DNA of 64,000 nucleotides from Amphiscolops sp. MND2022 (Eukaryota): NCBI GenBank assembly GCA_964187785.1, contig OZ076420.1, positions 5,952,001 to 6,016,000 of the forward strand, read 5' to 3'. Shown piece by piece: positions 40,642 to 51,034 of this stretch (position 1 is its first letter; each line of letters starts with the position of its first letter). The notes under the pieces were generated by a model. It saw only the letters and a program-made list of their open reading frames with translations, ran no database searches and was not told where the DNA came from. The position numbers and the translations under genes were made by a program.

Positions 40642-43600
40642 ATGACTCCACTGTCAATTTGGGAAAGAAATATTATCGAAGTGGAAAATGGGAAACTCTT
40701 CGCTAACTGTCGCCTTTTTGACGAAATATCCGGAAAAGAAATACCGAATAAATTTTGGAAGTTCGCAACACTTGTTGGGGAAATGTTGACGGGGACAAAT
40801 TTAAATCCAAAAGAATTCATTCGGAGAATTGCTGTTAAAGGCCAGAAACCCCCCCTGTATTTGTAGCAGCAAAATTGGCAAAACTGCTTGTACTGCGTGG
40901 ATTTAAAGACTTCCCTTGGAACTCAGCCAGAAGAGAGTTTGTCAGTTTGTTTTTCAATAATGATGTCATACCATATCACAATCCTTACATGAAAGACACC
41001 CTTGCGACACCCACAGATGTGACTCCTGAAGATGCGGCCCCTGAAGGTCAAGTCAGTGACAATTCTCTCTCAAAAGAAAGAATGCTAGAAATATCAGACG
41101 CCAAAAAAGTCAAACGTGAACAAACTGATCCAATTAGAACAGATCTGATGTCAGAAGTTGGGTTCAACAGTTTCATGAAAAAAATCAAAAGCTCTGCAAA
41201 TAAGAGAAAAGATCAACGATTCACAAAAAAGAGGACCCAAACTTAGTCAAAAAAATTGTAGAAGATCTATTCAAAAAAAGAGGATCTACTGATGAGTTCA
41301 GGCACCATTTATCTCTTGTCACGAAAACGGGTAACACGGAAGATGTTATAAAAGTTATTCGAACGAGACTTTCAATTGTTGGAATCGGATACAATTTAGT
41401 CCCATGCATTCGATTGGTCAAAAAGTCATCATCCGAAATTCAGTCCTGTTTTACAGCAATGTGTGAGCCAGAAAGAACCTTCTCTGGTTTTCGCTGTAAC
41501 CTCATAAAATGCGTGGAGACGGTGTCATACATCTTATTTGGAACGAAAGAACTCAATGGCCAACGAGTTGATATTTGGGGAGATGGTTGTGAAATTGGAG
41601 GTGTCGAAACAACACGAATTGCATTCCGGATCCTTACTGACAAAATAAAGTGTCAATCACCAGATGCAGTATTCTGTTTTGCTGCATACAGGGGTAAAAA
41701 CAGTAGGTTCGCAATGGAGCAAAACCTTGGACCAACTTAAGCAGGAGTTCAAGAGTCTGGTTGGCTTTTTATGAAGACCCTGGAACTGTCAAAGCGCGGA
41801 GTTATTTTGACATACAGTGGCGATTCGCCATTTTTAATGAGATTGGTGCTCGGTATCACAAATGAATCAGCTAGCCCATCGAAAAAGCCACTCTATGTAA
41901 CAGAACGTGACTACACACCAACAAAATGTCATCATGAAACTGGTCTACGATCTGATGTTGTTATACCCTTCAGAAAGGATCTTCCAAAATCTTCCTTGGT
42001 CTTCTACGAAAACATACAATCAGTTTGTCCTGATGCCACGCATATGACCACCTGTTGTGTTGAAAATGACCTCCAGAGAATTGCACAGAAAATTATCAGA
42101 GAAAAGTATCCTAATCATGATGTAGCAATTCGCCAGCTTGAAGAAAACTTGACAAGAAGAGATGCGAAGAGACCATACTTTCAGTTCAACAAATCTCATG
42201 AAAGTGGTTCGTGTATCGGTACTGTAGGTGCAGTATCCCTCGCAGGTGGTAGTGCTCTAGCGGTCATTGCTGATAAAGAGGAGCTTGCAGGTGCGAAAGA
42301 CGGTAAAATTAGCGATCTTTACGATGGCGTTTGGGGTCCCGAAGATATCATTGTTGGCAGTGAAGAAAACGCAAATGTCCCTTGCGTTAATATCCTAAGG
42401 AATTGGTTTCCTAAACTTTTCAATAAAGATAACCTCAAGCAAAAAGGGTCCAATGACAAATTCATATCTGCTTTTGATGCTTGCGAACTCCTGCGATCGA
42501 GTTTGAATCAATGTGTTTTATGTCTGCGAGCAGAAGAATTCAACAGTGAAACGTTCAAAAAATGGGCTGAAGTTTATTACCAAATCAATATCTTGATATT
42601 CGGGCATGCCGGTTTGACACCCTATAAATTGAAAATGCTGATGTTTCCTCAACTTGTTGAGAGTGGATACATAAAAAGACCATTTGATCATTTGTGTGAA
42701 GGTCTTGAAAAATCGAACCACCAAGCTAATCGTGGCTTCCAGACAAAAACAATGCGCGGAGGGGGTAAGATTTATCACAAGGATCCACTATTCCTCGAGT
42801 CGTCTTTTTCTTTCTCGAAATTTTTAAGATTCGCAGTTGAAGTTGAAGACAAAGGGCCGGACGCTGAACCAACTTCTAAGAGTATCATGGAACCTGAACA
42901 AAACGCAACCACAGAGGTCTACTTTGATGACCATAATGTGACGGGAAACAGAAAGAACTATCAGACAGTTTCGAAAAGTACCTCAAACAGCGTAATGAGT
43001 ATACTTCATAGTGCAACAAAAGTGATGGGCATTGACGTTCCGGGACCTGAGTACCTTGATATTTGCCGCAAAGAACCACCGGTAACAACTATCGCCATTG
43101 GATGTCAAGAAAATCCTTTTAGTGGATTAAGATTTTGTCTGCTTGGTCGCTTGGGTACTTGGAAGAAACATACTCTAACACATGACATGGTGAAACAATT
43201 GATTATCAATATGGGAGGAACTGTTCTAGAAAATGAACAAGCTGACGTGTTAATGAGCACCCAATCACAGCTCCCCAATTGTTTTGTTCTCGTCAAGGAC
43301 GAAAAAGACTTAATCTTAGGTACCGGTTCCACAGAGGAAATTAACGATATGAAGAAACCAAGGAAAAGAGGGGCATCAGCAACACGGGAGGGTGGAAATG
43401 AACCATCACAATATTCCAAAATAGCGAAACGATTAGCAGCTGGGGGCTTCAAATTCTTGAACATCGATTTTGTAGCTGAAGTTGACGAGAAAAAAATGCT
43501 GATTGACCCGGAGCCATACATTCTTCAGCCTGGATCCAAACTTGTTGAAAATCGTGTCAACGACAAAAGACCTTTGTTTTTGGACCAATGCAGTGGAAAA

Positions 43601-43786
43601 ACACTGGGTGAAGGTGTATCTGCGATTGTCGCTCTCAAGAGATACCGTGATGGCACTTTTAAACAATTTCCGTTTGATTTACTGTTCTCTTGTAATTCAT
43701 ATGTTACCCGAACTTGGAACTATTCAATAAATTCTTCAAAAATAGGTATTTTCATTAGGTTTATTGTGATGCTCCTTGGAAACTAA
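40642..43786 (+). pseudogene. RAG1/Transib-like transposase with C-terminal BRCT, copy 2 (full length about 1,045 aa, in-frame TAA at 41738-41740)
   Basis: Same D-D-E motifs as copy 1. C-terminal NPFSGLRFCLLGRLG..VKQLIINMGGTVL..CFVLV is BRCT-like. AAT ATA in copy 1 is ACT TAA here. Confidence 0.8.
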
Positions 43787-43879
43787 GGAAATGTCTTACA
43801 TATCATAGATTGGTATCAAAAAGCACACAATATTGGGCTCCGTTCGGGCGAACTTTCGTTTATCTTGGTTTCCACAAAT

Positions 43880-44080
43880 TGATTGCGCATTACCACAAAT
43901 GTCCTAGTTTCCACGGTTTTAAGTTTGAATTGACTTACTCAAAGAATGCAATGCGGAAAACAAGATCATATCTTTAAACAAGTGGCGTGGAAACTAAATA
44001 CAAATCCTAATACATTGCGAACTTTCACTCAAAGGGGTATACACATGATTGTGCGTTACCATAAATGTCCTGGTTTCCAT
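43880..44080. repeat. 166-bp repeat family, about 1.2 copies
   Basis: GTTTCCAC at 43907 and 44073; lies between the convergent transposase and JmjC genes. Confidence 0.85.
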
Positions 44081-44332
44081 TGCGTTTTTAACTGGCGGAA
44101 ATTCATTGATGAGGTATACTCCTGATTTTTCTCCTATTATTATTTTTTGGAAATTAATGCATTAGACGTCCAAATGTTTCAAAGCATGTTTTGAACAATT
44201 GAGGTTTTTTTTCAATTCGTTTTCAAATTAAACTTCTTGCGCTCGTCACTGAATAAAACAGGTTGTAAGGTATTTTGCAGTTTTTTGTCATTTATTTGTA
44301 TGATACTGAAAATCTAAATCTGAATCTACAGT

Positions 44333-47300
44333 TTATTCTAAATCTAAAATATCTAGTCCAAGGGGGGTTGAGCGTATTCCCGTAATGGCAGCAACAAGAG
44401 GACAGCGTTTCGGGTGCAAAGATGGATCTATCATCTTTGCCGGCAAGACAGTTCTTCCCCTGCCTTTAACATGGCTAATCATCATTGCGGGTCTTGACTC
44501 GAGTTCTAGTAAATCCGTTGTCGTCATTACTTCCTCGTACGCTTTCGTGTAGGGGTCAACAGCGATGGGCACATGCTCTGGAACAGTAAGAGCCTTACTG
44601 GGGTCAGTATTCTTTTCGGGATGCTCGCTCAAATAACTGCGGCGCTGCTTGGTGGCTCACGCAGTGTCACTGAAGCTCTTTTTTTGCCCAATACGATGTG
44701 AAGTCTTTCAGGACTGAAATCGGGTAGCACCTGTAAAACGTAAAAATCAAACTTTCAACCTGGAGAGCAAACTTTCAATTGAAAAATACGAAATTTTTAA
44801 GGTAAAGTTCTTGTTTATTATAAACTTATTGACGTAGAAGCGCAAAATTTCACTCAGTTGTGTTTTACTTGCGTGTATATCAGTCAGACATGATTGTAGA
44901 GAATGACCAATATGTGTTTTGAAGTCTTGAAAGAAGCAAGACTTGTTCATAAACATAAGTTTTCGAACTAGAAAATGACCCTCGATTGGAACCAAAATGG
45001 AAATGATTGAAAATGGAAAATGGAAAAATGGAAAAGTTTTGTTACCAAACAAAGACCGAAGGCTTAAGAATCTTACTTCACGGGCGGCGTGTTCATTGTA
45101 TATTGATTGCACTGTGCTGTACATCGACACCAGGCGTCGACAGATTCGAGGGCACAGCTTTTCGGCAATACGGTACATCAGAAGTACCAGCATCTCTGCA
45201 AGATCAGGGAACTTGTCATCGGATCTTCTCGGGAACTCGACGATGATTGAGTGTCTTATCATGGGCAGGTGCCCAAACGCCAGGAAGTTTGTTCCCAACG
45301 AAATGGCATTGCCTTTCGTAAGAACAAAGTTGAGGAAATTTGCAGGCATGACTAGAACATCTCCAGCTGTGACATGCAACCGCAAACATCCCTCTTCCAG
45401 CTGGTCGATGTTCCCGAAGAATGTTGGCCTGGAAGTACATCGAAGTTGCTTTTCTAAGTTTTTGACATTAGTAGAAGAAAACTGAAAGAAAAGTTTAATT
45501 ATTTGAAAAGACGTTGAATGCTTGCTTGTTGTTTTCCATCACCAAAAATTGTTAGTCAAAAAGTATAGTTGTTTGTTTTTGAAAATAGAACAGTGTTCTT
45601 GAAGACAATAAAGTTGGTGTGCTAGTTAAGTTTTGTTACTTACATAGCGTCGTTCTCAGCATTCGACCATCTTTCAAAAATGCTGAGATTTTTCTTCGAC
45701 GGTTTCACTAAAAAGAAAATCTTCTCTCCAGTTAGAACTGTGTAAAACACAGACGTCGAAGAATAATCCTGATGCCACGTCGTGTGCGCAGAATCTTGAG
45801 TGACCAGGACATAATAGGAAGTAGAACAAGAGTAAGGCTCGGTTCTCGACTTCCCGATCTCCCAGTCGGCCAAATGGTTGATGGAGTTGTCAGCCACCAT
45901 CTCGGGTACTGAGTATATGGCCTTGGGGAGTGTCCTGACATCGATGACGTTTAAAGGGTAATATCGACTGCCTGGATGACAGTTGGCCAGCTCCACGAAA
46001 AACTCTTCATACGCCATTTCTCGTGTCTGTAAAAACATCTATTAAATGATGATGCTAGGCAAGGTTCTAATTCATGTTATCAACAGTGTACTTGTCACAG
46101 GTAGATCGGCCCTGTATTGGTACCATAACTGTCCCAGTTTCCACGGATTTTCAGTATAATTTGACTTGCTCAAAGAACGCATTGCGGAAAACAAGACTAT
46201 ATCTTTAAACACATGGCGTGGAAACCAAATGCGAATCTTAATACATTGCGAACTTTCACTCAAAGGGGTATACACATTATTGCGCGTTACCATAAATGTC
46301 CTAGTTTCCACGGTTTTAAGTTTGAATTGACCTACCTAAAGAAAGCAATGCGGAAAACAAGACCATATCTTTAAACACATGGCGTGGAAACAAATACAAA
46401 TCCTAATACATTGCAGAACCTCACTTGAAGGGGTATACCCATGGTTTGTGTTTTAGAACAACTAAATTTGTTTTTTACTAAATGCTAAACATGGTTCGAA
46501 CGAGTAAAAAGTGTTTTTTACCTCTCCGATTCTGGCTGACTTGACTTCAATTGGAGCATCAGGTTCAGCGAGGTTAACCGGTCGCAGAAGCCGTTTGATC
46601 TCCGCGACGAAGCCTTTTTTCGCGGAGAATTTTGGGACTTTCAGTCCTCTGCAGTGCTTGGCTCCATTTCTCCAAATCAAGGGGACACCATGTCGAAGAA
46701 GATGACCAAGGTGTTCGGTTTGATTGTCTTGGGGACCCTGCCACTCAGCGTAGGAAAATCGACATTCCAGAGGCACGTTTTCGCAAAACGCGAAGTGCTC
46801 TTGGTGCCAAATGGGGCCGCTGGAGTCCCAGAATTGAATGTCAAATCAAGTGGCATCGGTGGTTGGGCAATTTGACATTTGACAGATCTCGCGATGTGGT
46901 TCCTCAGGCTGTACCCGTACCCGAATGAGGTCCCACACGAAACGCAGAAGTGACGGCTTCTTCTTTTTCCTCTCGCAGCTTCTGTAATTTCAAAGACATT
47001 TTTTCAAATGAATTTCCAAAATCTTTTCTTTCATCAATTTCATTTTTAGTATGACCCATGATTGGAACCAAAAATCTTCCAAAGATTTCATGAATGCTTT
47101 CATGGTATGACCCATGATTGGAACCAGAATCCTTTCCGAAAAATTGTGTTTTTCAGACCTTCCCTTCAACATCAGAAAAACATTTTCCTTCTTTTTTCTA
47201 TTGCATACGATGATCGGTTCAAGACCGTAAAATATTTCTAAACATGAACAAACAAAATCCTGGAAACAATCTGAACACTAACGGTATTGGTACATTGTGA

Positions 47301-49372
47301 CTTCTTCCCAAGCAGCAATCTTTTCTTGTTGTTTCGTGCAGTATTTGGCTCTTCTTTGATGGCGCTCTTTACTTTTGTTGGTCGTGAAAATCTGACCACA
47401 TTTCTCGCACGTCAAATTCTGGGCAACTTGTTCCTGCTTGCTGACACTTTTGCATCCCGGAAGATGACGGGTTAAGTGCCATTTTCTTCCAGCAACGTAG
47501 TCGCAATTCGGACACGGGAAACCTAAACATAGCCTTTTGAATTATACGAGATGAAGAACTATAAAAAACCATACCTATACATACAAAATACATACCAAAA
47601 TCAGATTGTTTTCCACGAGTTACAAAATTTATAGGTTTCATTTAGATTGCTCAAAACTTTGAAAAATGGTACGATATTTCAGATATTTCAGAAAAATCAT
47701 GATATTTTGATCCACGTGATGTTTGATTTGTCAAACTTTTTATCAATCCATTTTCAATTCCAAAAAAGGGAGATTGTCGCTTGTCAATTGGAATTGTCAA
47801 AACGAGTACAAGAACGAGTAAATGGAAGTCTTACGTTTTTTTAGGTGGCGGAGTTGTATCTCGAAATTCGTCACAGAGTTGTCTTTTCTGGCAAACCAGG
47901 GCAAGTGCGGGCATGAACAGAAAGGGCTTCTCGAGTGGGGGCATAATGGTCGCAAGCACCGATTGTGCAGAGATGACCTGAGTAATAAATCAAAGATGAA
48001 AATTTATACAAAAAATGAAGACTCATACACAGGGGTTTTCGAGCCATGTTTGCGTGAAAATTATTGGCAATTAATGGAATCAAATATTGGATTGAAAGCA
48101 CCGAATTAATGGAAAAAGTTGAAAGACGCCCCCAATTTTTACCATAATTACCATGGCATATTTCATTTCTGCAAACGAAGATAAATGAATCTGTTCCAAA
48201 GAATAAAATCCTATTTTTTTTGAACACCCCTGTTCATACAGCCTCAAAATTTCAATACAAATATAACCAGAACAAAGTAAAGAAACGTTCATCAAAACTT
48301 CAAACATGTTCCACATTCGCAGTTGAATTTACCCGTTTCAGCAGTTTGATAGTTTTTGACCTAATTCACTGATAGTCAAGAATAAGTAACTTAGGAATTA
48401 ACGACTTACCAAGGAACAGTTCTGATGATGAGTCAGATGAGTCCATGCGTGATCTAAAATTCTGCGAAGTGCTGGGTCCGCTGGGTCCGGCAGCTTGCTC
48501 AGAAGTACTTGCAGGTGTTTTCTTCGATTTCGGCTGTAACAACTTGAAAATGTCAATTCCAAAAGAACAAATATCATGAAATTTAAATTAGTTCAAATAA
48601 CAAAGACAAAATTGTTTACGAAAAAGTTTGGACCTTTCTGATTCATCCCCCCATCGATTTAAGTCCCCCAGTCTTTATTAAAGAAAAATTTTATAAATTA
48701 GCTTCTAAAAAAGTATTCGGGTTCAACCTCCCATCGATTTAAGTCCCCCAGTACTTATGAAATAAAGGTTTTATAAATTAACTTTTTAAAAAGTATTCCG
48801 GTTCATCCCCCCATCGATTTGAGTCCCCCAGTATTTAATAAATAAAAGTTTTATAAATTAACTTTTAAAACAGTATAAAAGTATATCATTAAACAAACAA
48901 TTTTTGGAAGAGAATCTGCGTAAAACAATTTGAAAGTTATCAGGACACTGTTCGAAAAAACTGCCCTAAACTATGAACCAGAATCTGCTTCTAAATTGTA
49001 AAATCAATTACAGTAGGGGGCTTTTATAACGACCCAAAGGGGCAGTTGATTTTAAACTGATAATTTCCTGATAAAATCCAAAAACAGTTTCTGGGAATTT
49101 GGGATTAAAATTGAAACAAGTAGAAGTCAAGAGAATTGTTGGATTGTGAAAGATTTTGGGCATAAAAGTGTCTAATTTTTTTCTGTGAACTCAAAACCTT
49201 TCTAGTTTGTTTTTTGAAGTTTTCATTCTCATATTATTTGATCTGATCTTATTGGGGAATCCATTTGGCCCAAGCTTGGAACCAATCTTTAAAAAATCCA
49301 TAACCAAAATCAATATAAAGACAATTTTCAACCAAAAATTTATTTCCGAAAACGAATAAGTCAACTCACCAT
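44333..49372 (-). CDS. Eight-exon gene: four C2HC zinc fingers plus KDM2/KDM7(PHF8)-type JmjC domain
   Basis: Exons: ATG 49372-49370, 48533-48410, 47977-47835, 47522-~47295, 46981-46522, 46026-45644, 45428-45077, 44730-44333, all with GT-AG ends except the exon-4 donor, which is unresolved. JmjC motifs: HTTWHQDYSSTSVFYTVLTGEKIFFLVKP..NL..FE.W and VTAGDVLVMPANFLNFVLT..GTNFL. A few 1-nt frameshifts. Confidence 0.82.
46130..46440. repeat. 166-bp repeat family, 2 copies (JmjC gene intron)
   Basis: GTTTCCACGG at 46137 and 46304, preceded by the 21-bp motif at 46108. Confidence 0.88.
48642..48872. repeat. 80-bp tandem repeat, 3 copies, in intron 1 of the JmjC gene
   Basis: CCATCGATTT at 48651, 48731 and 48811. 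Confidence 0.92.
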
Positions 49373-49571
49373 TATGATTGGCTCCGGGTTATATCCGTTG
49401 AGGGTATTGTCGGCTGCTGGCTGTTGGGTGTCTGCTAAACTTTGAGTTGTTAATGAGAGATTCTAAGATTTGGCTTGTTAATGAGATTGAGAGAGTCAGT
49501 TAACAGTACAGTCGGAACGGTAGGAAAACAAGTTCGACAATGAAAACTGCCGGTCGGTCAGTTGATGTGCG

Positions 49572-49742
49572 TGATACGCGCCGCTGATACGAGCCGCTGA
49601 TTAGCCAATAGGAATCGTCCAAAGTTGGAACAGTCATGTTTGATACGAGTTGCTGTTACGCGCCGCTGATAAGCAAGGAAATTACTCACGATTGTAACAG
49701 TTATGATTTTGATACGAGCCGCTGAAACGCGACGCTGGTAAG
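49572..49742. promoter_or_regulatory. Three doublets of a ~13-bp motif (TGATACG(A/C)GCCGC) upstream of the JmjC gene
   Basis: Doublets start at about 49573, 49640 and 49710, 200-370 bp upstream of the ATG. Confidence 0.55.
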
Positions 49743-50050
49743 CCACGGTTGAAACTGTGAACTTTCAAGCGATGACCGATCAGGCAATAACAATCATCAG
49801 GGGTGCGCAATATAGTATTTATATTTATTGATACGATACAATAAGTAATTTTATTGCTAAAACTAACCAATTAATAACTGTTAGACTTGTTTAAAAAAAA
49901 TAATTTTTGGTGTATATTTCATAACGAAAAAATTATTTTATTTGTTATTTTCTGCCAATAAATTATTCACAGTGAAAAGCTTTCTAAAAATTATTTTTTG
50001 CAAGAATTTATTGATCTTCCAATAGATTTTGATTAATTTTGCTCAGATTC

Positions 50051-50470
50051 GACCCACGATTGGAACCAAAATATCCCCATTTCTCCACTCTAATTATTCA
50101 AATAAATTTTTCATTTTCCAGTAAAAATTAAAATTTATTCCCGTATAAATGTAATATTTCACTCTTGTGTATCACTATACTATAAAAATTTTCCAATATG
50201 ATATATTATAGTGAACATTATAGTTAAGTATAGTACACGTAACCTGATTCTTTTCAATTGCATTCTAATTGACTATTTCAATCAAATTTTTCTTTTTATC
50301 TATCTAAGCAGCTTCACAATTCGACCCACGATTGGAACCAAAATCTCCCGACTTCCACTAATTGTGTAAATAAAATTTTCGTTTTAAAAATAATTTATTC
50401 CAGCTGGTATAAATGTATTTCACTATTGTATATCACTATATACAATCAGTATAAAGATTTTCCACTATAG
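50051..50470 (+). repeat. Diverged tandem duplicate (272-bp period) headed by the 21-bp motif
   Basis: Sequence after 50051 and after 50323 aligns for about 150 bp (..ATTTATTCC..GTATAAATGTA..TTTCACT..TATCACTATA). Confidence 0.7.
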
Positions 50471-50829
50471 TAAAGTGTTGAAAGAAAAATTCTTTTTTTT
50501 GTTTTTTTCAAATTCATTTTCAAATTTCAGTTTTTCAAATTCAAATGCAGTTGGGATGATTGTAGTACCATAATATAGTAGTATAGAATAGTATAGATGA
50601 AAGGAAGAGAAATCGACAGTTTTACGGAAAGGGAGACATTGATTGTAACTTGTTTGTGGTAATTGACTTTGTATTTACTCTCTTGCTTATTAAATTTGAT
50701 TTCAGCTAATTAAAATGTAAGTGGAAACTAAGACGCTAAAATTTGCAGGCATCTGATTGGTTGTAATGCACTTTGTGGAATCCAAGACACGAATTTGGCG
50801 GCAACGTGTCGGCATTTGTCGGCTTTTTT

Positions 50830-51011
50830 TGGTCCCAGTTTCCGCAATTTGAAACTGGCTAACGTATTAACCCATGCCCTCGGATTCCGAAAACGCCGAT
50901 TTTCGTGGCGTGGATTCCGCAAAATCAGTGCTAAATTGCCAATTTTACACGCTTTAAGACATGTCTGCGGAATCGGAGGACATACACGCACAGAAAAGTG
51001 TCTGTGGCGTT
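50830..51011. repeat. Right subterminal CGGAA/TTCCG repeats
   Basis: TTTCCGCAA at 50839, GGATTCCGAAAA at 50882, GGATTCCGCAAAA at 50911 and GCGGAATCGG at 50967. The reverse complement resembles the left block. Confidence 0.6.
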
Positions 51012-51034
51012 AAGCTTGCAGATGCACTGTAATG
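51012..51034 (-). repeat. Right TIR
   Basis: AAGCTTGCAGATGCACTGTAATG, followed by TT at 51035-51036. Confidence 0.97.

Larger units (their letters stand above)
31621..43102 (+). repeat. 5.74-kb direct tandem duplication (31621-37360 / 37361-43102)
   Basis: Paired ORFs are offset by about 5740 bp (e.g. 31680/37420). The junction has a 3-bp microhomology GGA. The copies differ by scattered substitutions and small indels. Confidence 0.97.
27725..50343 (+). repeat. Dispersed 21-bp motif, consensus GACCCACGATTGGAACCAAAA, 13 copies on the + strand
   Basis: Starts at 27725, 28600, 29031, 30562, 34151, 39889, 44977, 46108, 47053, 47109, 49267 (degenerate), 50051 and 50323. All are intronic or intergenic; none was noticed outside the element. 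Confidence 0.85.
27324..51034. mobile_element. Giant (23,711 bp) TIR DNA transposon with RAG1/Transib-like transposase and chromatin-modifier cargo
   Basis: Perfect 23-bp TIRs at 27324-27346 and 51012-51034, with TT on both sides. Removing the element and one TT restores env TGT GAA TTA GAA CGA AAT CAA (CELERNQ). Confidence 0.95.

Noticed and set aside
27725-50343. 21-bp motif as a CRISPR array or integron-like att sites
   Set aside because: Spacing ranges from 56 bp to several kb, copies sit inside introns of single genes, and the recombinase-like domain appears to lack catalytic residues.
27324-51034. Polinton/Maverick or endogenous DNA virus
   Set aside because: No protein-primed polymerase, packaging ATPase, capsid or retroviral-type integrase recognised; the TSD is 2 bp rather than 6 bp.
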